A stretch of 64,000 nucleotides of DNA from Camelus dromedarius. Lineage: Eukaryota. Below are positions 1 through 12,260 of this stretch, one piece after another (position 1 is the stretch's first letter; each line of letters begins with the position of its first letter). A program made the translations under genes and the position numbers. The stretch is from positions 51,834,001-51,898,000 of the forward strand of contig NC_087447.1 in the NCBI RefSeq assembly GCF_036321535.1, written 5' to 3'. The notes beneath the pieces are model-generated. The model ran no database searches and was not told the origin of the DNA. It saw only the letters and a program-made list of their open reading frames with translations.

Positions 1-359
1 ATTGACCTCCAAAATGAGTCCCCATTGCAGGTCCCATAGTGGACTTGATGTTTGTTAACAGAATCGATGGCTTCACTACTCCATTAGACTTGCAAGATGA
101 ACTCTCTAATGGCAGAGGAGAGAGGGTTCACGCTAGGGGATGGAGAAGCCACGGCGCCAGGGATGAACGCAAGCTGCTTCCTGAGAAGACATAAGGAAGG
201 TGCAAAGGGTTTGCAACCTTTGGTGCAATTCTACGTTGTCCTTGGTCTTGTAGACTCCTCTTCTGCCACCCAGCCCTTGGATGGGGCGTCCTTCAGGGTT
301 CTGCCCCAGACCTTCCTACGACTTCACTCTCACTCTGGGGAATTTCCGGGGGTATCCTG

Positions 360-940
360 TCCACTCTCACGGCTTCCATTACCACCTATGTGATGACAAC
401 TCGCAAATCTTAATCTCCAGCTCAGTTCTCCCTCCTGGGCTCCCTGCTGTAAACCCCTACGTCTGCTGGGCATCTCCATCCAGCTGTCCAACAAGCAGGT
501 CAAACTCAACAATCTAAACGGAACTCCCACTCTCCCTGCATCCCCTACCTCAGTGAAGCCCTCCAACTGGTTCTCCAAGCCAGAAACCCAGGCATCATCT
601 AGGGCTCTCCCCAGCTTCTCAACAACCATGTCCTGTCGTGATGTCACTGCCCTGCCTGAAATTCTTCAGTGGATCTTTGTTATCCTCAGGATGACTTACA
701 AAGGTCTCTCTTTTAAAAACCATTTTCCCATTTTTTTTCTTCAACTTCTTTTTTCTCACCAGTACTTCCTTGTGTTTCAGACAGAATTTCAAGAAAATAC
801 CAACTTCTTTCTCATCTTCCATACATTAGGCTATAAACTCAGTAAGGGCAGAGATATTATTTCTTTTGGGAAAGTTTATCCCCAGCATCAAGCCCAGTGG
901 GTGACAAAATTCCATAAAAATGTGTTGATGAAACACACAC
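360..940 (+). mobile_element. L2 LINE fragments, degenerate
   Basis: ctgggcatctccatccagctgtccaacaagcaggtcaaactcaacaatctaaacggaactc and the 3'-end-like ctataaactcagtaagggcagaga…tgttgatgaa resemble the L2 3' region. Confidence 0.55.
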
Positions 941-1721
941 AGCACACAGAAGAACGTCTACTCCCTCAATAACACTCACTGACTACTCATTCCCTTCAGA
1001 ATGAGGTGCAGGTTCCCCAGTCTGACAAGCACCGTCATTTGGTCACAACCTACATATCCTGCCTTGTCACCCAGTCTATCCTTCACATGCCCTATGTTGA
1101 GAGCTTGGGTGTGGGTCTCCATAAAGGAAGAGTGACCCATCCTCAGCTCTGGGGCCCTCTGCCTCCAGCTCAGGCTAGGGAACCCGATCTGTGGCCCGGT
1201 CTGTTTACTCACAGAGCTGGAGAAATCATTTCACCTGAGTCTCAGTTTCCTTATTTACAAATTGACAGCTGGTAGGTAGAAGGATGACATGCATCAGGGG
1301 TCGAGAAAACACTGCATGTTACAGGTACTCAAAGCGTGTTCTAGTCCCTGCCATATTCCCGGTGCCTAGAACGGTCCCAGTACATAGCAGGTATTCATAG
1401 TGTTGCATGAATAAAATAATTTCCACTGGCACAAAAATCCACATCTGGTTGTTTCTTGTGGTCAAAATCAGAGAGGTTTTCAAGGTCTGTTAAAAAGACG
1501 AAGTAAGGGTTAGGAGGAGCTGGACCCACAGACACTTGGAATTCCACTCCTCTGACATAAAGCCATGTCTATGAAACCAGTCAGTTCCATAATGACCTGC
1601 AGTCCCAGAAAAGTTCTTTCAGGGGTGTTTTAGCACTCAACTTTGCCCAAGTCCTACATCAGCTTTCAACTTCAAAAGATTTCTACCTGAATCCATATGA
1701 TTATTCCTTGGTGCATTTACT

Positions 1722-1915
1722 GTGTTGAAAAGAGTCCCCCTAAACCTCATGGCACCTCAGATTGTGACCTTATTTGAAAACCAGGTCTTTGCAGATATAA
1801 TTAGTTTAAATGAGGTCTATTGGATTAGCGTGGGCCCTAATCCAATGACTGGTGTTCTTATAAGAAGAGAAAACAGAGACACACAGGGAGAACATGATGG
1901 GATGACAGAGGTAGA
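1722..1915 (+). mobile_element. MaLR LTR fragment (MLT1B/C-like)
   Basis: cctcagattgtgaccttatttgaaaaccaggtctttgcagatataattag…gggccctaatccaatgactggtgttcttataagaagag is typical MLT1 5' LTR sequence. Confidence 0.8.
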
Positions 1916-2860
1916 AACTGGATAAACAAAATGTGGTATATCCATACAAGGGAATATTATTCAGCCATATAAATGAATGAAATACTAATACATGCTACAG
2001 CATGGATGAATCTTCAAAATACTACGCTAAGTGAAAAAAGCTAGTGATAAAAGAATACAGATGACATGATTTTATTTATGTGAAATGTCTAGGACAGGAA
2101 AATCCGTAAAGACAGAAAGTAGACTAGGGGTTGCCTCAGGGGGTGGGGGAGCAGGAATGGAAAGTGACTCTTAATGAATATGGTGATTTGCTTTGGGGTG
2201 AGGAAAATTTTCTAAAATCAGATTGTGGTGATGGTTGCAGAACCCTGGGAAATACTAAAACTATGGAATTGTATCTTAAATGGGTGAATCTCATGGTATG
2301 GGAAATACATCTCAATAAATTTATGAAGACACATGGTCTGACAGTTCCTCAAAAAGTTAAACACAGAGCCACCATATGACCCAGCAACTCCACTTGTAGG
2401 TATATACCCCGGAAAAGTGAAAACATACATCCACACAAAAGTTACATGCGAATGTTCACAGCAGCATTACTTAGAATGGCCAAAAGTGGAAACAACTCAA
2501 GTGCTTATAAACTGATCAATAAATAAATAAAATGTAGCTTACTGTATAATGGGACATTATTCAGCAATAAAAATAAAGTACAAATACATCTTATAACATG
2601 AATGAACCTTGAAAGATTTATGTTACGTGAAAAGAAGCTGGACTCCATTTATGAAATGTATAGAATTGGTAAATATACAGAGACAGAAAGTAGATTAGCA
2701 GTTGCTTAAGCCTGGGGTGAGAATGGGGAGTGGGAAGTGACTGCTAAAGTGTATGAGGCTTCTTTCTGGGGTCATAAAATGTTCCTAATTTAGAATGTGA
2801 TGCTGGCTGCATAGTTCTGTGAATATACAAAAAAACACTGATACATGGTATGTGAATTAC
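1916..2860 (+). mobile_element. Two consecutive ancient L1 (L1MB/MC/ME-type) 3' ends
   Basis: The motif series ggataaacaaaatgtggtatatccatacaa / gacagaaagtaga…gttgc / ggtgatggttgca occurs twice (about 1920-2325 and 2330-2860). Confidence 0.8.
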
Positions 2861-4404
2861 ACACGCGTGCGCGCACATGCATGCATATGCCCTCTGCAAA
2901 GTATGAAGTGTAGAGTATACACAAGAGGTTAACAGTGGTCCAATTACATAACATGTGACCTTTAGTTTTTCTTTACTTCCTCTATGATGAGAAAACTGAA
3001 CCCTTGGTAAATACCAAGCCCTTCCTTACTGAAGTTTACTGAATAAGAGACATTCTCCACTTCCTATCTTTAGTTCCCTGTATCTCCTCCAAACCCAATC
3101 TTCAGGGTTTCATCCCATAATCACAGCAAGGCAGTGTGAAGTTCAGCTAAACAAAAAAGCAAGAACTCATGGTTTGGGGTGAAAAGACTCACGCAGCCTG
3201 AAGTTCCGCCTCACAGTGAGTGGGTCTCAAGCACATGACAGGAGTCAGGAGCCTGGGGATCCTGTGTGATCATAGATGGGTCTCTCTCTGAGCTTTTGTT
3301 CCCTACCTGTCTAGTTGGGAGGGTAACCCCTGGCCTGCCTATCTGTCTCACTGGGCTGCTGGGAAGGGTGAAAGAGATAAAACTGTGAAATCAAATCCAT
3401 GCACTCATATAAAATGTTCATAGGATTTGTTTTTACTGCCTGGGTACCTCTTGAGGGGAGGAAAGAATAGTAAAGATAAAGGAAAACGTTAAACAATAAG
3501 TGGCGGGGCTGCTCGGGCATGTGGCTGTGAGGCCACGGTAATGATGTCTTGGGTCATTAGGAAGGTCAGTTACACAGCAAGGAGAAAACGGACATTTCCA
3601 GACTTCTGGCCTGAGCTTCGGTCTCCAAGTCTAGACGAAAGATAATGCCAGAAAATGCCTGAGTCAATTTGTTTTCTTTTAAACAAAGTTTTATTTTTTT
3701 TCCTCTTCTTCCTGGCTTCTTTTTAGGGCCCTACAAAATCACTCCCCTTCCTTTCCACAATCACCCCTGGGAAGCCTGCCCAGCATACAAACACTCCTCC
3801 CACCTCCTTGCAAAACTCTAGAACAGGAAAACTCTGAAGGATTTCGGTGGAGGAGCCCAGCCCAGCCCAGCCCAGCCGTCCACTGGCTGGTGATAACAGG
3901 GGCAGGAAAGGGGTGGTTGGCGGGAGTTTCTGGAAAAGGTGACTGGCCAAAGAATGACTGGTTCCCTTATCTCAATGCCCTTTCAGTCTTTAGCCTTTCC
4001 CCATCAGTTCCCCACCCCAAGCCTCAGTGGGTCTCAGAACCCAGAAAGGGTAGACCAAAGCCCAGGCTGGACTCAAAGCCTGGCTCTGCTAACCCCTGGC
4101 TCTGGCCTTGGACAGGTTACATAAACCTTTTGGATCCTCTCCTTTTCTACAGGGAAAAGACAGACTTTGCAGGTCTCCTTCGAGGGGCTGGAGATCATGT
4201 AGGTAAAGCATTTAGCACAGTATCCCACCATTCTTATTGCTGCCGGTCCTAGAGTACACTTGGAACTGGGGAGACCTTGAAATGGGCCAGGAGGCATGGA
4301 GGTGCTTTCTAAGCTGTTGTGGATGCTTGGAAGGTAATTGTGGTCACTGTTACAGTCACTGCTGTACCCTGGACAGATGTTATATGTGGAACTAAAAAGA
4401 CTAC

Positions 4405-4640
4405 GATAATCACAGCTGCCATTCACTAAGCATGTACTGTGCGTCTCCAGTCTACCCCACGACGTAGGTATTATTACCTCCACCGGCTTGTTTGTTTGTT
4501 TGTTTTGCCCTTCTGTTTTTTGGAAGGGTGGAGAAACTGAAGCTCAGAGAAGTTAACAAGGACCTCTGGGGTCACACAGCTAGAAGGTGGCATAGCCTAG
4601 ATCTGAAAGAGATCTCACTGTTTTCAAAGCCAATTCTTCT
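4405..4640 (-). mobile_element. MIR SINE
   Basis: gaaactgaagctcagagaagttaa…ggtcacacagctagaaggtggc is the MIR core in reverse orientation. Confidence 0.7.
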
Positions 4641-7600
4641 CACTCATGTAGAGAAGAGAGTCCCCATGAAACCCCTATGAGGTAAATATTAGTTTTAGGA
4701 GGCAGAGTCAAGTAACAGCACGAGGGGCCAGGCCCAGCTCTGACGCCAACTGGCTGAGTGACCTTCGACATGCCATTTCACCTTTCTAGGCCCTGTTTTC
4801 TGTGTTTATAAAAAGAAGAACTTGGATTAGATCAGGGATACACATCAAAGTCATCTCTGGGAAACTCAGAGCTGCTCCATGTAAAACCTAATAAGTTATA
4901 TTTACACAGAGATTTAGATTCAGATCCACTGGTTTGGTCTCTAACAGGGGTAGAAGGGTTAGGGTCAACTGAAAAATCAAGGGCAAAGCAAGCTCAAAAG
5001 CCAAATGAAAGAACAGATTCTTCCAAAAATATTTCTTTGTATCATTAAGATTCTGTACTGGAAACCATCCTTTTTCTTCCTGGCCCTCCGTGTCATTTGT
5101 CCTCGGCCAACTCCAAAGGAATGGAGAGCAACAGAATGGGCCTGACGTGGTTCAGAAACATGGGAGTCCAGGTCCTGAAGTTGCTTATCGTAGGGCCTTG
5201 GGCAAAACTTCGAATCTCTCTGCACCTCATCTCCCACGTTGTCAAATTTTCCAGGATTCCATGAGATGAACTATGGGTAAACAGTAACCGTTAAATACTA
5301 CGTACATGGTTGTTGGCTCGATATGTGTTACATTCTATCACTTATTCCTAGAAGACAAATGGTGGGAAAAATCTGAGGGTTCTACTGGGGAGAAGATGAC
5401 TGATGGAAGAATTCTGAAAACAATGGTAGAGGGTTCTACGGGGTGAGTGGTTCCCTGGAGAACGCAAATTGAAAAACCAGAGTCAGATGGGTGGAGAATT
5501 CTAAAAACAAAAGCAGACTGACAGGTGTTGATAGCTGGATCAACAGATCCAGGTCATTTTAACTCACAATCACAAGACTGAAATTATTTAAGAAGGAATA
5601 ATCCTCAGAATCCTCTGGCGCACCCATCATAATTAGAGAAGTTATTCATAAATTTAAGGCTAACTACAAAATGTCTTTACTCTTCACAATAACTCACATA
5701 ATATGGCAACCAGAAGGGACCTCAGACTCCAATCACTCATTTATCACCACCACCCTCCCTACTCATCCCAAATCTCTTTTTTACAGTTGGCAAAACTGTG
5801 AGGCTACTTGTCCAAGGCCACATAGTGGGTCAGATGTGAACTATGGAATTAAAATTCAGATCTCCTAGTCCAGGAGTCCTTCCACTGTACCAATAGAAAG
5901 CTGTATCAATGTGAATGAAGATGCATTCTCTATAATGGGAAGTGGGGGACAATCAAGTCGGGAGATCTGATCACCAGGACACTGGCCAGTGGGATGGCTA
6001 CTTTGTCATGAATTTATAGTGTTACTCACATTTGCATGGTAAGTAAACATTTGCTGGATCAAACTTCTAAAGACTAGTATAAACAATTCCCCAAGTTCAA
6101 GAATATAAGTCTTTTGGTGTTTATTAAAACTGTAAAGCAGAGGAAGAAAAAAGGGGAGGCCGAGACAGGCGGTAACATGAGACTGTGCGAGACCTTTCAG
6201 TGACCATGCATGCCCACCCCACTTCCGAGGAAGGATCTGGGAAGGACACCATCTCAGAGATCTGAAAGCCGAGTCAGAGTGCCCTGACCTTGACGCATAG
6301 ACTCGGTGTACTTTAGCAGAAATCGACCTGGTGGAGGGCGCAGGGGAAAGAGAGTGAGTGGCAGAGCTCAGAGGCACGTCGCGCAGTCTCTGGTCACACA
6401 TTCTTGCATAACCTTCTTTGCCCTGGGGTGTCTCATTTCAGAGATGGGAAACTGAAGCCCACAGCAAATGCCATGTTTTCCATAAGGTCTCTGGTGAGAA
6501 CCTATCACACCTTCCGCTACACCTTTAACAGTACTTTATTCTGCTGTTTATTTCATGTTGGGAATTCACCAATCTCTCATACAAAACTAGACAGTGTGCT
6601 ATTAGAAGTCAGGACCTAGACCAGCTCTGTTTCTCTGACAGTTTATAACACGATGCTCTGTGCCTACTAAGCGCACGGATTAGAACAAGGTGTCAGCAAA
6701 CACACCAAGGCAGTTAAGTTTTGTTGGAATCTTCCCCTTTTGGGTCAGAAGAATGAATGAAGAGCTCCAGGATCTAAATGTAAACTGCTGTTCGGGGTGG
6801 ACGGAGCTGTTATCTCTTAGCCAGGCTGTCTGAGCTGTGTATGTTCCTGCTTTTGGACAGCTGGGTCTATATTTAGCCGTGGATGCACTGTCCTGCTCAT
6901 GTCGGAGAGATCAGGTTACGAGCTGTGTTCTCAGCTTATCTGCCACACTGATGGCACATCTCAGTTGTGACAGGCCTTCCTCCTGCTGCTTTGAGTGGGG
7001 CTTCGGTTGGCTGGCTGTCCCCCTCAAAGAGTCCATTTGTATTTGGAATGAAGCACACTTGCTTACTTAGGGTCATGAGTCCTGCCTGGGCACTTTGCTA
7101 GGAGCTGCTGGCTCGTCAAAAAGAGGAGATCTTGTCCTTGCTCTGTGAGCTTATACTACAGTTGGAAAGAGCAAATTTATAGTCAGGGCAGCCCTTCTCT
7201 CTTCCCCAGAGGGACTCTGGGAGCCCATTAGTGTTCCCACGGGAATCAACCCGTCTAAGGACACCGTCAGCTCACACGTCAATGATTCGCACTTGACCCT
7301 TCTTACCTTTCCACAAAAAAATTGAAAATCTATCACTGTATTTTTAAGCTGCCCAACTTCATAAGAGGTAAGCTTCCCCCTCCCTTTACAGTGACTTTCA
7401 CTAAGAAACGACTCAGAGACAACTCGGAGTGTCAGACATTACGACGGGAGTTTACTAAGAGTCATTAGCAGCGGCAATAATCACAGGAACAATACCTGAA
7501 CCTGCTCTGGTGTGGACGGTGAGGCTGGGATTTCGAGCGCTCCAGCCTGGGTAAGGAATGATGAGATCTGCAGCGTTATCTGCCACAGAACTGTGGCTTT

Positions 7601-8197
7601 GGGAGAGGCAGTGCGGTTTAGGGAAAGGAACATGGATTCTGAAATCTGAATCTCAGCTAGTTTAGCTGTGGAACCTAGCGATGATACCTGAAGCTGAGTC
7701 CTAATTTGTAAAATCTGTATAAATAGCCACCTGCAGGGTTGTCCCAGAGAGTCAAGAAATTCCACAGTGCCTGTACATCAGGGCTCTGCAAAGGGAACTT
7801 CTCCCTCAGCATCCCATTGTGGGAGGTAGCCTGGTGAGGGAGATCTTCAACTGTGTTCACAGACCTTCAAGGTTTGATCAGAGGCAGGACTGGTACCAGA
7901 GGATGCAAATGGACTCGACTGGCCTTGGACTGGTGAGTACAGGATTGCAGAGCAGAGAGCCTGGCAGGCAGCTCCTTCTCAGCCACAGCCTCCAGTCCTG
8001 GCTCACAACAATCTGGCTTCGTAGCTTCCCTACTCATCTTCCAGCCTTGTGTCTTGATGCCTCAGCAACCCTAGGTTTTTTTCCACTGGGGTCCAAAAGG
8101 GACGGCTGTCTTTTTAACACCCCTAGAAGAGCCAGCACACTAGACCATAAGTTCATGTATCTGAGTAGGCTTGCCAAGGTGTATTATTACACTAGAA

Positions 8198-8409
8198 CAG
8201 GGGTTGGCAAACTATGGACCATACATCAAATCTGGTCCACCACCTGTTTTTGTACATAAAGTTTTACTGGAACATCGCTACACCTATTCATTTACATACT
8301 GTTTATGGCTGCTACTATGCTACAAGGGTGAAGTACAGGGAACATACAGGTGGTAAAGCCTAGAATATTGCCTATCTGGCCCTTTACAGAGCAACTGTGA
8401 GAGGCCCTA
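8198..8409 (-). mobile_element. MER58A (hAT-Charlie) DNA transposon
   Basis: caggggttggcaaactatgg…aaagttttactggaaca…tatctggccctttacaga. It is flanked by a near 8-bp TSD, cactagaa (8190-8197) / gactagaa (8410-8417). Confidence 0.8.
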
Positions 8410-9370
8410 GACTAGAAGGTCTCCTTCTGGTTTGTACAATCATGTCCTCTTTCAGAATATTAGCATCTAATTTAAGTTCATCACTAAGGAGACAAAAGTA
8501 AGCTGAAACCAAGACCAATGAATCCCAAACTTGTGCTTTGGAATAATCAAGAAGAGGAATCACAAGAAAAGCCAGAGCCCATGAGCATTATTGTAAGGAA
8601 TCATATTCATTTCCTCTTAGTACTCCTTGGGCTCAACAACGTGCTAGCTGCTGGTCACTGCACAGAATCAAAAGGTGCAGGAGGAAAACATGATCGACTT
8701 GTACTGACAGGCTTGGGAGAAAACACCAGATTGTTCTTTCTGATCCCTAACCATTTCTTCTTCTTCCATGTCATGGAGGCACAGATGTCATTTTCCGTAT
8801 CGAGATCTTGCAGTTTTCGTTAAACCGATTCCTAAGTATTTTTGATGCTATTGTAAAAGGAATTTTAAAAAATTATTACAACTTTGACGTCTATAACCGC
8901 TCTGAAAAGTTGGCCTACTCATTTAACATGTGAAGAGACTAAGACTCAGAGAAATAAAATGACTTACTCAGTGTTACAGAACTCTTAGGAAATGCCCAAA
9001 CCAGGGCTCAAACCCAGGTCTTTTCCACACCAAGCTGAGAGCTCATTCTATGACATAGCTCTACGTGAGGGTAGAGGAGCAACATATACAGTACAAGTCC
9101 TACACAAACATCTAGTGGAATTGAAAACAGACAACTATTTAAATATGACCAGTAAAGAAACCAAGGCCCAGAGAGGCCTTTTCCTGATCCCCTGACCTAA
9201 CTGCTTTCTGGTCATTTCTTATCACACTACTTTGTATTCTGTCTTCTTTTCATCAGAGCACTTATTGCTACTATTTAAACCTTTTGCCTTTGATCTGCCT
9301 CTTCCCACCTGACTATAAGCTCCTTTAAGTATTTGAACCTCATGTGTTCTGTTCATCATTGATGCTTCAG

Positions 9371-9797
9371 TGTGGTGGCTGTAAAAACACGCCTCTCAGA
9401 TCTCCTGATGTGGGTTGCATCAGTGTAATTGACTGCCCCAGCTGCTGGCCTTCTGCATCCCTCAGCTCCACATGGGCTGTTCTCATCCAGTGACAATGAG
9501 CGGCAGGAGGACTAACACAGGCCTATTCCTATGCGACACGGGACTCCTTCAGTTGGAGAACTCCTTGGCTAGAGAAATTCCACGGACCTGGCTGAAACTG
9601 TCTTAGAACTGCACAGCAAGTCTAGCCTTCCTTCCTTCCTCCTCTCCGTCACTGGCGTCAGACCTACATCCCACTGAGGGCTCTCCCCTCTTCTCCGGCT
9701 CAGTCCCACTATCCTTCATAGGTGTCTCACCCAATAAATCTCTTGCTCATCTAAATGCATCTTGACAGCTGCTTCTCAGAGAACCTTAACTAACATA
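9371..9797 (+). mobile_element. Solo ERVL LTR (LTR16C-like) inserted in an L2 3' end
   Basis: Begins tgtggtggc…ctcagatctcctg, contains cctggctgaaactgtcttagaactgc and cccaataaatctcttgc, and ends aactaacata. L2-like sequence lies on both sides (about 9180-9370 and 9798-9830). Confidence 0.75.
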
Positions 9798-10339
9798 CCC
9801 AGCGTCTAAAACAGGGCTTGATGAACAAAAGGCTGGCGCAGGTTCATCCTGCAAGTAAACCACAGACCCAGAATCAGAACTCAGGTCCCTAGTTCCCCAA
9901 GCCAAAACCTTTTCCACTTAGATCACCAATCATCTGAGAATTGTTTTTGGTGCCTTTGTCCAAAGGGCCACTGCTCTGATGAATTTGAGGGGAAAATGTA
10001 TCCACCGATAGTCCAATTCCATAGCTGCCCTCTCAGCTCTGTTTATATGTATTGGACTCTAGTGGGCATGAAAACATCTGTCTTAGATTCAGAGAAAACT
10101 GAAGCTATGGTTTAGGTCAATCAAGAAAAGCTAGCTTGGGTTGAAATTAAAAGCAGCAAGAACTCTATGTGATATCCTCTTAAACGAATAGAGGGAGAGC
10201 AGCTACAATGCCAAAGTCAGACAAGGTCATCACAGAAGAGCAGAGACAGCAGTGACTCTTCTTCAGGTCTTTGTGCACATGCTCAAGACCCTGTACAGGT
10301 ATCGTGACAGCCTGAAGCAAGGAACTGTATCTAGAATTT

Positions 10340-10595
10340 CAGGGTATGGCTTAATAGTTAAGATCATGGATTCTGGAGCCAGACTGTCTGGGTTTAAATC
10401 CCAGCTCCTTTACTTACTAGTATATGAACTAGGGAAAGTTACTGAACCTCTCTGTGCCTTAGTTTCCTCATCTGTGAACTGGGAATAATAATAGGTATCT
10501 GCCTTATAAGATTACATGAGCTAAAATCAATGAAATGCTTAGAACACTGCTTTATATATGGCAAACTCTATGTAAATATTAGCTTCCATTATTAG
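10340..10595 (+). mobile_element. MIR SINE, near full length
   Basis: tctggagccagactgtctgggtttaaatcccagctc…aacctctctgtgccttagtttcctcatctgtgaactgggaataataata. Confidence 0.9.
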
Positions 10596-10849
10596 TAGTA
10601 GTAAATTTAAAGAGACACCTTTGTTTTTGAGCATCTCAATAACTTAAGTATAATACATCTCAAATCAGGAAAGTCAGCAAGGTTTATCGATAAACATATT
10701 AATCACACGCAGAAAGCATGTTTTTGAGTTCAGGCAAAACGGAGATCGTGTTATTTAAGATGTTTCAGTTTTGGGGAGATAAGAATAGCATGGTACACAC
10801 ACTCAAAGGGCCGTCATGAAGATGACAGAGGAGGCCGCAACAACTTATT

Positions 10850-11040
10850 GGCCATACATTCAACGGGCATTTAGTGTGTGCTTATCATGTTCCAAACACT
10901 ATACTATATGCCTTAAAAGGGTTCTTATATAATCTACATAATAACCTTGTGAAGAATGTCTTGTTTCTATTTTACTGATGCAGAAATTGAGGCTCAGAAG
11001 AGTACATTAACTTACTCAAGACCAAGTTAAGACTGAGCTC
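10850..11040 (-). mobile_element. MIR SINE
   Basis: ttttactgatgcagaaattgaggctcagaaga is the reverse MIR core. Confidence 0.7.
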
Positions 11041-11626
11041 GTCAGTGTTGTGCATTCATGTTATTTACATGATTCCAAGACCTGACCTGTGCTCTCTGAT
11101 TTTGACACTAAATTAACCTTCTGAACCAGTATGTATGAATGGATATATATTGTATACGTGTGTGTGCGCGCGCGCGCGCACATACTTGATAAGTCAAGCA
11201 TAAAATGATGTCCTTACCAACATCACCTGGAATACTAGCCAAAAGTCAAGAAACCTGGGCTTCAAGTCTGGCCTCGCCAGTTAGCTGTATGACCTCGAGC
11301 TCCCCTCTCTTGACGTACGGACACTTTGTCATTTGAGGAGTTTGGAACTAAACACTCTCTCAGGACCCTTCAAGATTTCATATTCTAGAATCTTCTCAGC
11401 CTATGAAATCTACTCCCTTCTCTGCCTCGGCTACGTGTTTGGCTATTATGATTCACCGGCCATGAAGAATTCATTCACTGACCTCATCCACAGAAGGAGT
11501 GAGGAGGTGGAGAATAAAAGCAAACAATAAAGAAATTATAGATACAGAAAATGAAGTTTAGGTCATCGGCATACCCAGCCACTTCAGACCAGTGAGAACA
11601 CTATCCATTTTGAGGTTTTCTTTGCT

Positions 11627-11666
<40 letters not shown>
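11627..11666. repeat. (TTG)n microsatellite, about 13 units
   Basis: Perfect ttg run read directly. Confidence 0.95.
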
Positions 11667-12074
11667 ATTTTATACCGTTGTTTCAATAGATGGAATTTTA
11701 GACCCTATGTCCTGCTAACAAGGTTAGAATGTTTTTGACGCCTTTATCCGCCACCTCAACAGTGAATTTCTCAAAACAACAATATTTGGAAATAAGCTTG
11801 AATTTTTTTAAACTGTAATTTTGTATAACTATTTACAAAGATATAACTAAACACTGTAACTAAATCATTCATTTGAATCATCACTGGGCAGCTACTATGT
11901 GTCCCCACCAATGTGGTGACAGAAGATGAAAGGGTCATGCTCTCATCCTCAGGTCTCTCACACATCTCCCCTTGTTTCCAAACTTCATGCTCTAGCCTCA
12001 ATGAACTATTTCCAGTTCCTTAAGCTTCTGGGAACTTAAATAGAAGCCCACGGAGAAAGCAAGAGAAACCTGAA

Positions 12075-12260
12075 TTTTTAGGTGATGCGTTGTGTTAATT
12101 AACCTGATTGTGATAATCATTTCACAATGTATGCACATATCAAATCATCATGATGTACACGTCAAATATGTATATAGTTTTGTCAATTACACTTCTATAG
12201 AGCAGGGCAAAAATAAATATCTAGTATATTTAGTTCCATTTATGTAAAATTAAAAAAAGA
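12075..12260 (+). mobile_element. L1MA/MB extreme 3' end
   Basis: ggtgatg…tgttaattaacctgattgtgataatcatttcacaatgtat…atcaaatcatcatg followed by an A-rich tail. Confidence 0.75.

Noticed and set aside
10340..11040. Inverted MIR pair as a dsRNA/editing substrate
   Set aside because: The copies are too diverged to form a convincing duplex by eye.
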